From a virus (lineage: Duplodnaviria; Caudoviricetes), in the IMG/VR virus record IMGVR_UViG_3300024275_000004, positions 1 through 51,433 of that record: a stretch of 51,433 nucleotides of DNA; one strand, written 5' to 3'. Shown piece after piece: positions 16,935 through 27,692 of this stretch (position 1 is its first letter; each line of letters begins with the position of its first letter). The notes beneath the pieces were generated by a model. The model saw only the letters and a list, made by a program, of their open reading frames with translations, was not told where the DNA came from and made no database searches. The position numbers were made by a program, and so were the translations under genes.

Positions 16935-18728
16935 TCAATTAACCTTTTCGTAGCTAGTTGGGGAAGTCCAAGGGCCAACGCCATCCCACTTATAACCATT
17001 AACCACTTGACCCGGCTTAAGCTGCTTAGGGTCTGGATAAACCTTCGGCAGGAAGAAGTGTTTGTTATCTTCCCAGTATTTTTGATAATCAGTAGTTCCT
17101 TCCATATGCGCGCCAATACGAATCAACTGATTCAGAGCATCCTGACTTTGCTTGAATGTCTGAGCCAATTGGGCATTGTTACGCATATCAACAGTGGGGA
17201 GACCTAAGCGGCCTGTTGTAGGGCCTTTAGCTTGGAACACCACACCAGTTCCGTTAAACGAGATGTCAACAGCATTCAAGAGCTTAACGCTGTCTGTACC
17301 AGGAGCAATAGCATCCAGACGATTGTTAATAGCCCCAACAACTGTAGGTTCGTAGTTCATCTGGAAAGCTCTCTTAGCTGCCTGAGCAAGCTGAGGATCT
17401 AGCGTACCGTTTTTCACCATCGTAGCGAATTGAGGGCCAGCTACAAACTTAGCCACTTCCTTCAAGCTGTTAGCATCTGCTTGTCCAGTTTGAGCGAGGA
17501 AGTTAGTTTGACGGAGGATGTTATTAACTCCTGTCGATGCCTCGGTGAGAGCCTTCTCTTTATCCTTCACCTTGCCAGTGTTAATGGCATCAATACCTGT
17601 ATTCAGCATCTTGTAATTAGCAGCTTCAATCTGACCATTACCAACCACTTGCGGAGTCATAATACCGCTACCAGGCAGGTTATTCGTAAGCCAAGTGAAA
17701 GACTGAACAGCTTCTGCACTGTTCTGCAGAGGAATACTGTTAGGCAGCAAGCCAGAGGTAGCAGTAAGAGCCAGCAGCTTAGGGCTATTCTGCATAGCCA
17801 TAACCTGAGCCTGCGTGATTAACAGCTTCTTCTGATCTTCAAGCTGTTGCAGATTGCTCTTAGGATCAAACAGCTTCTGATTAACCTCGTTAAGCTGGTT
17901 CAAGATGCCTCGGTATGCACTAGCTAGTTCAGGATTCCCCTGAGAAGCTGCTGTAACTACAGCTTGCATTTGAGCGTGTTGAGCAGCATTCTGAGCTTGT
18001 GCCGATTCAGGAGTAATCTTCCCACTTCGTACACTGTCAGCCAAACTAGTACCTAGAGACGACAAGGCATTGATATTGGTAGATGCCAGATCGGTAATAA
18101 GCCTAAAGCCAAGTTCCTTCTGCTCTCGTGCAGCAATCTCAGCATTGTATGTACCTTGAGCACGCTTCTCGCCATTCTGCTTAATCTGATCTTCCCAAGC
18201 CTGCTTAGTGCGGATAGCACTCTGAGAGGCATTCAGGATTTGATTGGTAGTGTTCTCATCAGCACCAGGAGGGATAATGTAGCCTTGCTGCTGTGCTGTA
18301 GAGACAAGCTGCTCTCTACGCTTCGATTCAGTTTCAAGCTGTTTCTCAATCTCCCCCTTCTCCGTAATTCCCCTCAAGCTGTCATTAGCCGATTTGAAAT
18401 CCGTAGAATACTGAGGGTAGCCAGCTAGGTACTTATTACCAATAGCTCGCTGTCTAGCTGCAGCTTCTGAAGGCTGCATTTGTCCAGTAGCTACGGCATC
18501 GTTAATGACTGTCTGCTCTCTTACGAAAGCACCTACGACCCCCTGCTTTGCTTTCTCTGCTTCATCTTTACGATTCTGTACCAACCCCTTAGCGAAGATA
18601 TCAGCTACATCTTCAACAATCTTAGGGAGAGCGAAGCCGACTACTTGTTCCTGAACAGGTTGTACTGGTTGGCTTCCAGCCCCACTGGGGCCAGAAAGCT
18701 GTGTTGCATTAGTTGAGTAGTCAGCCAC
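16935..18728 (-). CDS. internal virion (ejection) protein
   Basis: 597-aa helical Ala/Gln-rich ORF at the ejectosome position. Confidence 0.7.
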   Translation of the reverse strand: MADYSTNATQLSGPSGAGSQPVQPVQEQVVGFALPKIVEDVADIFAKGLVQNRKDEAEKAKQGVVGAFVREQTVINDAVATGQMQPSEAAARQRAIGNKYLAGYPQYSTDFKSANDSLRGITEKGEIEKQLETESKRREQLVSTAQQQGYIIPPGADENTTNQILNASQSAIRTKQAWEDQIKQNGEKRAQGTYNAEIAAREQKELGFRLITDLASTNINALSSLGTSLADSVRSGKITPESAQAQNAAQHAQMQAVVTAASQGNPELASAYRGILNQLNEVNQKLFDPKSNLQQLEDQKKLLITQAQVMAMQNSPKLLALTATSGLLPNSIPLQNSAEAVQSFTWLTNNLPGSGIMTPQVVGNGQIEAANYKMLNTGIDAINTGKVKDKEKALTEASTGVNNILRQTNFLAQTGQADANSLKEVAKFVAGPQFATMVKNGTLDPQLAQAAKRAFQMNYEPTVVGAINNRLDAIAPGTDSVKLLNAVDISFNGTGVVFQAKGPTTGRLGLPTVDMRNNAQLAQTFKQSQDALNQLIRIGAHMEGTTDYQKYWEDNKHFFLPKVYPDPKQLKPGQVVNGYKWDGVGPWTSPTSYEKVN

Positions 18729-18731
18729 TCT

Positions 18732-21700
18732 TTACTCCTTATTTGCTTTTTGATAATCGAGAACAGCATTCTGTGCATCGTTGTATCGTTGCTCCATCAT
18801 CTTACGAGTTTCCTCGTCAACAGGGGCTCTACGAATACCATCCTTCATGCTTGTGGCATCAGGGATACCAGAACGCTTCATCATCAGGTACACAAGGTTG
18901 CTATCCTCTGTACGAAGACGCTGCCTAATAGCTGCGCTAGCAAGGGCTTGAGCTTGAGGGTCATCCTTGAATGCCATCAATGCCATGCCCACAACACCTT
19001 GCACAAACTCTGTATCTGTGTTCTCGGAGTTCAATTGATTCTTGTAATAGCGGAAGATGTCATCTACAACACCCTCAACATCTTTCTTTTGCTTCTTGAT
19101 GTCCTTAGACCATTCCTGAGACAGAGCATAATACTCTCTGGTATCTGCAGTACCAAAGCCAAACGCTGCTGCCCATGCTTCTGCTGTAGAGACGCTAGGA
19201 TCAATTGCATTACCATACTGATCCAACACCTTATGACCTTGCAGCAGCACAGCAGCCTTAACTCCATTATTCCAACCAGAGCTAATCTTAGCCACTTCGT
19301 TCATCATGGTTAGGAATGTTTCAGGGCGAGTTTGTTTTTCAAAATGCCCATTGAACCAGCGAGACATAGAGCCTAAAGCATTCTGCACTCTACCGCCATC
19401 CTTTAACCACAACTGTCCAGAAGGGCTAGCCATCACCACACCATAAATACCTTCTGTGGAAACCTTGGCAAAAATCTTACCCCATCCATCCATGTTGTAA
19501 GGAGCTAACGAGGAGAAGTCAATATCTGTCTCTTCCTTCGTCAAGTCTGTAAACATCTTATTAATCAGGACGCTCTCAGCACCTTCCATCAGAAACTTAC
19601 GAGTAGGTTCGTCATCAGGAAGAATATCTCCACCCAAGAACGAAGACACTGTAGCAATCGGAGTACCCCACATAAACAGATCGAAGAGCGTGAGCTTGAT
19701 ACGATCATTCAGAGGAATACGTCTATTAGTAATTTGCAGAGCAGCCTTAATAGGAATCTGCAAGAACTGTAGGGCGACAGAGGGAGAAGTTTGGTTATAC
19801 GGCATATCCCCTGCAAAGTTCATATCATAAGACAGAGCACGAGCTTCAGAGAATGCTTCATCCCGTACAGCCTTATCACTAAGATTGCGGCCTAAGCGAA
19901 GATACCTATCGTATACGGCAGCAGCGTGTCCAAGCAAGTTAGCCTGTTCAGCGATGTCAAAGCCGTATTCCTGCATCTTCTCTAGCGGCTTATTAGCAGC
20001 CCGTACAACCCTATTACTAGAGTTAGCTGCTTCTCTCAGCGTACCTCGTACAAGATTATTCTGATCCACACCCTCAAGCGCACCCCATTCATCTACAAAC
20101 TTAATGAATTCCTTATCAGAAGCATTAATCCAGCTACCTCCCATACCGCCCTTATGTGCTAAGTAGGCAGTAGCATATCTCTCTACCGAACCCTTAGCCC
20201 AGCCTACAGGATTGTAAACCCATGTACGCATAACCTGGTGAGGTTGCACGATGAACTGACGAAGAGGGTTAGAAGCAATGTAAGCATTGAACACAATACC
20301 CTTATTCAAACCGCTTACGTTCTTAGTAGCGAGCCCTAATGCAGCACGCTCTACCGAAGACAGTCCTTTCTCTCCTGCTGTTGTAGCAATAGCTCGCATA
20401 CCCATCTTGAACGCTTCGTCAATGGAATTCAGGTAACCATTCTCTAGGTAGTTTACATATTCCCAATTCGTACGAGCATCTCCAGAGAACTTGGAAGTCA
20501 TAGCACCAGGTTGGCCTACATCAGCTATATTGCTAGGCCATTTACGGCCACCCATACCATTGCTAGGGAATGCTTCAGCAAACTGATCCAGAATACGAGC
20601 CTTAGCTGTATCTAGCATCTGCCTAGTCATAGTACGCCCTGCAATCGATTTAGCGGCCTTTGTAGCGCTTTCTACAGGGTGCATGACATAGGAGTTATCC
20701 CCTAGTTGATTAGGGGCGCTAGCGTCCTCTAAGAGCTTCCCACGATGCCTCTGTGCAATACGCCCACTGGCTTGTTGAATATCCCAATACTCGTCACTGT
20801 CTCGGCTAATAGCACGATAGTCATCACGAACTGAATACTCTCCACCAGTGTTCTTAGCTTGCCTATCGGCAAACAACTGAGCTTCCTTGGTATCCCCAGC
20901 TACCGCTACGGTACGCTTCTTTGTCACATTCCCTGCAGAATCCCTGATAACCTCGTCAACAAACTTAGGAGCAGTATACTGAACCTGATAATAACCTTGA
21001 CGATAGTTCAATACTTGATCGCTATCCCTCAGTCCTCTCAGATATTCAGTTGGTGTATTGCGAACCATAATATGCTCTGCAACCTCTCCATTGAAGTCTA
21101 CAGGACGACGGAATGCAGCTACAGTGCCGCCCTTGTTGTACAAATCATCTAGGGCATCCTTGGACAGCGTAAGCACCATATCCGAAGAAGGATCGTACAC
21201 CTTAGCTTTGTTAATATTCTTTTGAATCGGCTTAGCAAAGAATGTATCCTTGCTATTCTGAAATACTTGGAAGCCCTTGTTCTTGAGGCTTCGCACTACA
21301 TCATAGTTTTCCAAATAGAAGTGACCATCCCAGAAATCTCTCCAAGCCTTGATTGCACTGATCTCATCAGGCCCGAATCCACGAGCAATAAGGTCAGCTT
21401 GATCGTAAGGAATGCCATTGAGATTCGCTTCACGAATATAGTCATCAATTTTTGCCTTTGCTAAATCACCAAGCTTAACGTATTGGTCTGTGTAATTGGC
21501 TGCGTATGATAGCATTGTCTTTTCAGCTCTCGACACAGCATCTGTTGCCACTGTTGCAGGAGTGGTGATCTTCGTATCAAGCATCGAAGAAGCATCAAAG
21601 ATATAGCGAGACAAGCTGCTCTTACGGCTAGACACCAGAGCGGGTGCTCTGTCAAACCAGTTGAATCGTGTTGTTAGTTTATCGAAGTTACCAATGTCAT

Positions 21701-23504
21701 CTGCAGAGAATTCATAAGGAGTACGAACACGAATGAGATAATCACCAGGAAGGTCACCAGCCTCTTCTAAACTAACTGGCACATGGTCAATCCCTTGCTT
21801 CTTCAGCAGGGTGATATCCTCATCTGCTACACCATAATGACGAAGAGCAAACTTAGCTTGTTCAATAGCTTCCTTAGCTGTAGACCACGAGCCATCATTA
21901 GCTCCGTACACAGCATCAGCAAATACACGCCCACCATCGACAGTGAAGGAAGACATGTTCTCATTCATAGTCATACCTGTGGCATTAGAGAAGTCATTAA
22001 CTACATTCGCCTTAGCAGCAGCCTTCTCACCAGGAGTGAAATAGGTAGCGCCAGTGTTATGAACCATATCTACAAGTTCATCAGAAGCTACAGGTTTACG
22101 CAGGTTCTTCTGAATATCGAAAGGCTTAGAAGCTACTGCCCCGCTCTCTGTAGCAGCTTGAGGGAATGTGTTATTAACTACAGCCTGTTGACGGCTAGTG
22201 CCGTAGAAAGCCTTAGCTGCTTCATCGCTTTCACTCTGCACTACGATGTCATTAATCGCTCTAGCTTGCTGAGGGTTGCTCTGATTAGCAATCTCACCCG
22301 GAGAAGCAGGATTAGACTGATGCACGGGGCTATTCATCTCAATACGCTTAGTCTTATCTTCGTACGGAAGCTTCTTCTGCGGATTAGGAAGCTGTGCGCT
22401 AGGGGGGAGCTTATCCTCTACCAATGTCCAATCGGCACGATGTACTTCCTCAAAATCTACATCAGACACATCAGGGGCAGGCTTACGGCCTGGTGTGGCC
22501 CTAGTGCCTCCATATGCAGCTTCCTCAGCAGTACCTGCCCTAGCTGCTTTACCTGAAGCAGCCTTAGCAGCAGTATTAGTTTTACCACCCCAACCCAAGC
22601 CCACCACATCTAGGATAGTGCTAATGGTATCCATAGCAGCTTCCTTGTCACTATAGCCAGACAGCCAAATCTCATCCATCTGTTGAAACTTAACATACTG
22701 GTTTTCATTACCGAAGATGATGGAGCTATTGGCACCGATGGCATCTACAAGCTTCTTCGTAAAATCTACTCGCTCTTGCGGATTCATAGCTTCAATCTTG
22801 TTACGAAGCTTCAGCTTAGTACCGCCCTTATCCACACCAGCCTTAACAAAATCCCACAGAGAGAACTTCTCACCAGAAACCTCAGCAGCTTGTTTAGCCA
22901 GTTTAGCTGTAGTGTAATTCGCTACACCTGGAATTACTGAAGCAATTGCATCAAATAATGCACTTCCAACATTACGGTTTTCAGTAGAAGCAATATGAGC
23001 ATTAACAATACCTTGCGCCTCCACTCTGGCCCTCTGAGTTTCTGCAATAGCATCTGCAGTAGAAACACGAGCTTCCTCCTGATCCTTGCTCTCTCCGTTA
23101 CTACCTCGTGCTAGCAGGTTCGTATGCAGAGTAGTGAGATTATCACGAAGAGCGAAGGAAGCCTTATAACCTTTAACTACCTGCTGTTTTGTCTCAAACG
23201 GAACAGAGCTATCTGCCAAGATATTCATAATCGTCTTGGTGTCAAGATTATCCGTCTTCGTATCAATATCCTGCTGCAGCATCTTCTGTGTAGTAGACAT
23301 ACCCTGTTGGGCTTCCAGAAGCATTTGCCGATAGTTATTAACAGCCTCTTCTGGATTTCCTGAGAGGAGTGCCGTAGTAGCTGCCCTATTCCTCACTGCT
23401 CCCTCTGGAGGGATTGTAGTGCTTTGCTGAGGAGCTTGAATGAAGTCATCCAGTTGAATATCTGGTTGCTGTTGTCCAAAGCCCTCGTCTAGAAAATCCG
23501 CCAT
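18732..23504 (-). CDS. large internal virion (ejection) protein
   Basis: 1590-aa ORF after the tail genes; AAGGA SD. Confidence 0.75.
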   Translation of the reverse strand: MADFLDEGFGQQQPDIQLDDFIQAPQQSTTIPPEGAVRNRAATTALLSGNPEEAVNNYRQMLLEAQQGMSTTQKMLQQDIDTKTDNLDTKTIMNILADSSVPFETKQQVVKGYKASFALRDNLTTLHTNLLARGSNGESKDQEEARVSTADAIAETQRARVEAQGIVNAHIASTENRNVGSALFDAIASVIPGVANYTTAKLAKQAAEVSGEKFSLWDFVKAGVDKGGTKLKLRNKIEAMNPQERVDFTKKLVDAIGANSSIIFGNENQYVKFQQMDEIWLSGYSDKEAAMDTISTILDVVGLGWGGKTNTAAKAASGKAARAGTAEEAAYGGTRATPGRKPAPDVSDVDFEEVHRADWTLVEDKLPPSAQLPNPQKKLPYEDKTKRIEMNSPVHQSNPASPGEIANQSNPQQARAINDIVVQSESDEAAKAFYGTSRQQAVVNNTFPQAATESGAVASKPFDIQKNLRKPVASDELVDMVHNTGATYFTPGEKAAAKANVVNDFSNATGMTMNENMSSFTVDGGRVFADAVYGANDGSWSTAKEAIEQAKFALRHYGVADEDITLLKKQGIDHVPVSLEEAGDLPGDYLIRVRTPYEFSADDIGNFDKLTTRFNWFDRAPALVSSRKSSLSRYIFDASSMLDTKITTPATVATDAVSRAEKTMLSYAANYTDQYVKLGDLAKAKIDDYIREANLNGIPYDQADLIARGFGPDEISAIKAWRDFWDGHFYLENYDVVRSLKNKGFQVFQNSKDTFFAKPIQKNINKAKVYDPSSDMVLTLSKDALDDLYNKGGTVAAFRRPVDFNGEVAEHIMVRNTPTEYLRGLRDSDQVLNYRQGYYQVQYTAPKFVDEVIRDSAGNVTKKRTVAVAGDTKEAQLFADRQAKNTGGEYSVRDDYRAISRDSDEYWDIQQASGRIAQRHRGKLLEDASAPNQLGDNSYVMHPVESATKAAKSIAGRTMTRQMLDTAKARILDQFAEAFPSNGMGGRKWPSNIADVGQPGAMTSKFSGDARTNWEYVNYLENGYLNSIDEAFKMGMRAIATTAGEKGLSSVERAALGLATKNVSGLNKGIVFNAYIASNPLRQFIVQPHQVMRTWVYNPVGWAKGSVERYATAYLAHKGGMGGSWINASDKEFIKFVDEWGALEGVDQNNLVRGTLREAANSSNRVVRAANKPLEKMQEYGFDIAEQANLLGHAAAVYDRYLRLGRNLSDKAVRDEAFSEARALSYDMNFAGDMPYNQTSPSVALQFLQIPIKAALQITNRRIPLNDRIKLTLFDLFMWGTPIATVSSFLGGDILPDDEPTRKFLMEGAESVLINKMFTDLTKEETDIDFSSLAPYNMDGWGKIFAKVSTEGIYGVVMASPSGQLWLKDGGRVQNALGSMSRWFNGHFEKQTRPETFLTMMNEVAKISSGWNNGVKAAVLLQGHKVLDQYGNAIDPSVSTAEAWAAAFGFGTADTREYYALSQEWSKDIKKQKKDVEGVVDDIFRYYKNQLNSENTDTEFVQGVVGMALMAFKDDPQAQALASAAIRQRLRTEDSNLVYLMMKRSGIPDATSMKDGIRRAPVDEETRKMMEQRYNDAQNAVLDYQKANKE

Positions 23505-23516
23505 TGTATTCCTTAA

Positions 23517-24020
23517 TTATTTGCTGGGACCAAACAGAGTGCTGAAACCGCCTGCTCCTTGGAAGATTGTAGAACCAATCCCATAAATCTGATTACCGAA
23601 AGCCACTTGATTCTGGCCTCGTTGGATATCCGCCTTAGCTGTAGCTGCATCTTGCAGGAAACCACCAATACGTCCTGCACGAGCCTCACCACCCACATTG
23701 CCACCTAAGCCAGTGGACAAGCCAGTGCTCAGTGAACCGAGTGCCCCTGCCTCACCAGAACTGTATGCTGTACCTGTATTCACGCTAGACTGGATAATAC
23801 GAGCACGCCTTACACGCTCCTCTCGTACCTGTCTACGTCTGTCTTCTGCTGCGGCTTGGGCTTGAGCAGCCTTCTGCTCACTCTGAGCTTCCTCTTGTGC
23901 CCTTTTGTTCCTGTCTGCAGCCGCCTGTGCTTGTTGTTGACCCTGGTAGGCCACAGCAGTACCGGCTACCGCAGCGGCAGCAGCAATACCCGCAATAATA
24001 GTAGTTGTTGCGATTGCCAT
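23517..24020 (-). CDS. small internal virion protein (T7 gp14-like position)
   Basis: Hydrophobic Ala-rich N-terminus, coiled coil, Gly-rich C-terminus. Confidence 0.7.
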   Translation of the reverse strand: MAIATTTIIAGIAAAAAVAGTAVAYQGQQQAQAAADRNKRAQEEAQSEQKAAQAQAAAEDRRRQVREERVRRARIIQSSVNTGTAYSSGEAGALGSLSTGLSTGLGGNVGGEARAGRIGGFLQDAATAKADIQRGQNQVAFGNQIYGIGSTIFQGAGGFSTLFGPSK

Positions 24021-24021
24021 A

Positions 24022-24468
24022 TTAATACCTCTTTGTAAATGCTACTTCACATAACTTATGTCCACGCTTCTCTAGCGATCTAAAGGACACAGCCGAACTA
24101 GGGAGAAGAGACATTGTAGATTCATCTGCTACCTCACTAGCTTTCTTTTCAAAAGCTTTAAGAAGAAGAAAACCAGCTCGTGTCTCACGGAATGTAGGCT
24201 CAACCCACCAGAACACCTCTGCCAGAGTTTGTATGTTTGGATTGAAGGGGTTGGGGGTGAGAATAGCTCCAAGGGCTCCTACATTCCCATTGAAATCTTT
24301 AGCCACCCATGCAGTTCCTGCATTTGCTCCTTGAGCCGCAAGCTGGTAGAGCCTGTCTAGATTGACAAGCTCAGGTCTTTGTAATTCTTCTGTCAGCATT
24401 CGTACAGCCGCTACTTCTACAAACCATTCTAAATCTTCAATGCCTAACGGCTGTACTGTTGTTGTCAT
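24022..24468 (-). CDS. GNAT-family acetyltransferase-like protein
   Basis: EVFWWVEPTFRETRAGFLLL motif A; located after the nozzle gene. Confidence 0.8.
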   Translation of the reverse strand: MTTTVQPLGIEDLEWFVEVAAVRMLTEELQRPELVNLDRLYQLAAQGANAGTAWVAKDFNGNVGALGAILTPNPFNPNIQTLAEVFWWVEPTFRETRAGFLLLKAFEKKASEVADESTMSLLPSSAVSFRSLEKRGHKLCEVAFTKRY

Positions 24469-26750
24469 GTTATTTGATTTCCATTAAGCGTAAGGCTCCA
24501 GCCTACAATCTGACAATCCTTACCAGGTTCTGTTTCCATATACATCTGGAATGCTCTACCAGCACCTCTCACTTTATTCTTCGTAGTGAGAATGCTAAAG
24601 CCATTATCGAATGCATCACCGCCAGCATTAGGGAAGAACGGTTTAACATAGCGATACACTTGGAACATCGTAGAGAACTTCTTAGATACCGAACTATTAC
24701 TAAAATTCCATTGATACCTAACCCTACAGCCTGACTGATGCAGAGGAGTACCTTCCGAATCTGTTGTTGTTTCTGTACGATACATATGGAAGACGAGATA
24801 AGGAATCTGCTTCTTAATCGCACTATCTCCTGCTGACTGTACACCTGTATAGCCGAAAGCCTTAGCATCCATACCTACACCATCTACATCCTTCCAATCC
24901 TTCCATTCAAGGCTATTAAACTCTCCGAATGTGAAATTGAATGTGGTGCCGTTCTTAATCAGTAACAGATACTTAGTAGATTGAAGGCTTGACCTAATCT
25001 CTTCAATACTAACCAATACATCATCTGTATTAGCTTGTACCTGGTCATTCTGTACGAATACATCAGTACCATCAGGATTAACAGTGAATGCTGAAGATCG
25101 GAACAGACTAAACACCTCAGCTCCGAATGTAGGCAGATTCATAATCCTATTCACACTGAAAGCGCTTAGGGTAGAATCGAATACTAATTCCTTAGTGATT
25201 GAATCGTCAGTGAATGGCACTCCTTCCTTATAAATCCATCTCACTTTCTTGGTAAGCAGATCGTATGAACCGATTACATTCAGCTTCGAGACATTAGGAA
25301 TATTCTCGTAGAACTTCTGAATGGTTTGCAAGGTCATGTTCTGAACTGCCATGTCCCCTAGTTCATTTCTACCGATGTAATAGATACCATCTTCCGACCA
25401 GTAGTAGGCCTTATTGCCTTCCACTACGATAGAGCTTTCCGACAATACACCGAAGGAACTGATCTTAGTGGCTTTATAATTGGTAGCGCTAAAGCCATAA
25501 TCATTACCACCAGTTACCGACCAGATACCGTTAGAGGCAAACACAATCAAGCTTGTCTCTAGGTTACGGAGAGCGATAATACTCTTAGCGCCTGAGATAC
25601 GAACGAATCCGCCATCTGTATCGATGACATCAGACTTATCTCTTGCGGTAGGGTCCCCATCCTGGTAGCACTTATAGAAGTCAGCTTTGCTCTTTACAAT
25701 CTGAGAGAAGAAGATGTAATTAGAATACTCAGGGCTTCTAGAATCTCCCCCTACCACTTCCCCATTAAATCCTGCATAGAATACTCGCCCAGCGAAATCA
25801 GCTACACAAGTGACCCCTCCTGTAGTTAGGTCTGGACGGATATCAGGGATATTAAATACAAGCTCTGGATACTTAGTCTTATTCGCAGCAGCTTGTTCAA
25901 TACGAGACTGGCCTCTACGAAGCACATCGATAATGAAATAACCCTTAGCCGATGTGGTAGTAGCGCCTAGCACTTCCGTATACAGATTAAAGAACACTCG
26001 TTCAAACGGAGCCTGCCCTGATGTTACTGCTTGGAACTGCAAACCGGGCCACACCTGCTCAGAGTTACTAGGATACTTCCCAAGCTCCTGCCTATAATCC
26101 CAAGTGATGTCATGGAGATCACCAGCAGCATTTCTACGAGGGATACCCCAAGATTGGTTATACAGATTATATGCGTGCTCTACGCTAGTATCTGGCCCTC
26201 TGAATGATGGGTCTGTCTCGTAGCTAGGGATAAGGGTTTCTTGTATCCCCCATACATCTCTAGTGAGTAGTCGCCCGTATTCCACTGTAAAACCTGGATA
26301 GGTAACCACTGCTACCGTATCTGCTCCAGACACCACCACCAATCGCCCCTCTAAAGAAGCGAAGGAATATCTAGTATTCTCTTGGAACGAGGAGAGCGTT
26401 ACTTCTCCCTGATAACCAGCAGACAGAGGATTAATATTCAGATCGAAGAAGAACAGCTTCTGACCCATCTGAATAGCTAGGAAGTCTTTTGTTACATCAC
26501 CTCCCACAGTGAGCCATCGGAACGTATTCACCTTAGACGAATTAACATTAATCTCTGTCAGCAAGCTATTACGAATCTGAGCATCTTTCTCGTAGCCCAA
26601 TCCTAGACGCCTATTAACAGTGCCCTTACGATTAAGCTCGAAGTTCTCTACATCTACGAAAGCATTAGGTGGAAAGTTTAATTCACTTGCCTCGGTAATC
26701 AATCCTTTTACGAAGGAGTTAATCTCCGCTCTTTGACTTTGCTTTGGCAT
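24465..26750 (-). CDS. tail tubular protein B / nozzle
   Basis: 761 aa; SFVKGLITEAS, FAGRVFYAG, TTKNKVRGAGR; synteny. Confidence 0.8.
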   Translation of the reverse strand: MPKQSQRAEINSFVKGLITEASELNFPPNAFVDVENFELNRKGTVNRRLGLGYEKDAQIRNSLLTEINVNSSKVNTFRWLTVGGDVTKDFLAIQMGQKLFFFDLNINPLSAGYQGEVTLSSFQENTRYSFASLEGRLVVVSGADTVAVVTYPGFTVEYGRLLTRDVWGIQETLIPSYETDPSFRGPDTSVEHAYNLYNQSWGIPRRNAAGDLHDITWDYRQELGKYPSNSEQVWPGLQFQAVTSGQAPFERVFFNLYTEVLGATTTSAKGYFIIDVLRRGQSRIEQAAANKTKYPELVFNIPDIRPDLTTGGVTCVADFAGRVFYAGFNGEVVGGDSRSPEYSNYIFFSQIVKSKADFYKCYQDGDPTARDKSDVIDTDGGFVRISGAKSIIALRNLETSLIVFASNGIWSVTGGNDYGFSATNYKATKISSFGVLSESSIVVEGNKAYYWSEDGIYYIGRNELGDMAVQNMTLQTIQKFYENIPNVSKLNVIGSYDLLTKKVRWIYKEGVPFTDDSITKELVFDSTLSAFSVNRIMNLPTFGAEVFSLFRSSAFTVNPDGTDVFVQNDQVQANTDDVLVSIEEIRSSLQSTKYLLLIKNGTTFNFTFGEFNSLEWKDWKDVDGVGMDAKAFGYTGVQSAGDSAIKKQIPYLVFHMYRTETTTDSEGTPLHQSGCRVRYQWNFSNSSVSKKFSTMFQVYRYVKPFFPNAGGDAFDNGFSILTTKNKVRGAGRAFQMYMETEPGKDCQIVGWSLTLNGNQIT

Positions 26751-26934
26751 TTGTTTCCTTAGTCGCTAGGTAAAAGTCAATAACCGACTTAGCTACTTTA
26801 CGGTCTGTAAACATGCCAGTCATGATGTCAGGGATTTTACCTCCCCGACCTTCCGTAACGATTACGTAGCTCTTAGGGTGTTCCCTGTGCGGCTTAATAT
26901 AATAGCCTTGATACGATTCTTGATAATCACTCAC
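26719..26934 (-). CDS. hypothetical protein (71 aa)
   Basis: Between tail tube A and B, overlapping both. Confidence 0.7.
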   Translation of the reverse strand: MSDYQESYQGYYIKPHREHPKSYVIVTEGRGGKIPDIMTGMFTDRKVAKSVIDFYLATKETNAKAKSKSGD

Positions 26935-27692
26935 TTCCTGTCCTTTCTTCCGTAGCTATGGTAACGAACACCACCGTGGGTTCTCCAAGCCTTACGGGCT
27001 AGCCATCGCTGTTGCCTATTGGCTTTCTGTTCACTCTTCTGGTCTGCCATCTGTTTCAGCTTGAATGAGGCAGTGCTCTTAGCTTCCTCTACAAGGGCTG
27101 CAAAAGCGTCTGTAGGCAAATCAGGAACAAAGTCATCTACCAGGAAGAACTCAGGATCAAGATAGGCTAGGGCCTGTGTCTTGCTCTTCTTAAGCGTACT
27201 GTCCAGTGTCTTGTCATAGCTGTCGCAGACAATGTAACGATCATCAAACGATGTCCAGAACATAGGAGCAGAGTTATTCAGAATAAGCAGCTTAGTGCCA
27301 CTCACATCCGTAATCACTTCCACATTCGGATTACTAGTGGTACGATTAGAGGTATAACGAAGGAAGTCGTCAGGATACTTATATTTCACTTCCTGCATGA
27401 ACACTTCGTTAGCATCTCCTGTCTTATGACTCTCGTACTTGAAGAATGTAAGCTCTTTCAGATTCTCAGGTACTTGTAAGTGAGTAGGGAGGGCGAGATT
27501 ACCAGAATGCTCTAGCTGAATCAGTTTCTGTGTATGAGGCCAATTACGATTACTAATCATCTCGTAGAAACAGCTACGAACGATGTTAGCTACCTGGGTC
27601 GCTTCGATCGTGTCATCAACACTGTTGACATCATCACTATCCAGGTCATTAAGTACATCTTTCACGATCTCTAACAGTGTTAACTTTGGCAT
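26931..27692 (-). CDS. tail tubular protein A / adaptor
   Basis: TLLEIVKDVL.DLDSDDVNSVDDT.EA.QVA N-terminus; synteny. Confidence 0.8.
   Translation of the reverse strand: MPKLTLLEIVKDVLNDLDSDDVNSVDDTIEATQVANIVRSCFYEMISNRNWPHTQKLIQLEHSGNLALPTHLQVPENLKELTFFKYESHKTGDANEVFMQEVKYKYPDDFLRYTSNRTTSNPNVEVITDVSGTKLLILNNSAPMFWTSFDDRYIVCDSYDKTLDSTLKKSKTQALAYLDPEFFLVDDFVPDLPTDAFAALVEEAKSTASFKLKQMADQKSEQKANRQQRWLARKAWRTHGGVRYHSYGRKDRK

Noticed and set aside
16934-17116. Upstream extension of the transglycosylase ORF
   Set aside because: Overlaps the preceding gene; ATG 16933 follows that gene's stop and has an AAGG SD.
21135-21167. Sixth copy of the phage-sigma motif (TGTCCA...GTACAAC on the - strand)
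   Set aside because: 19-bp spacer, poor second box, and intragenic.
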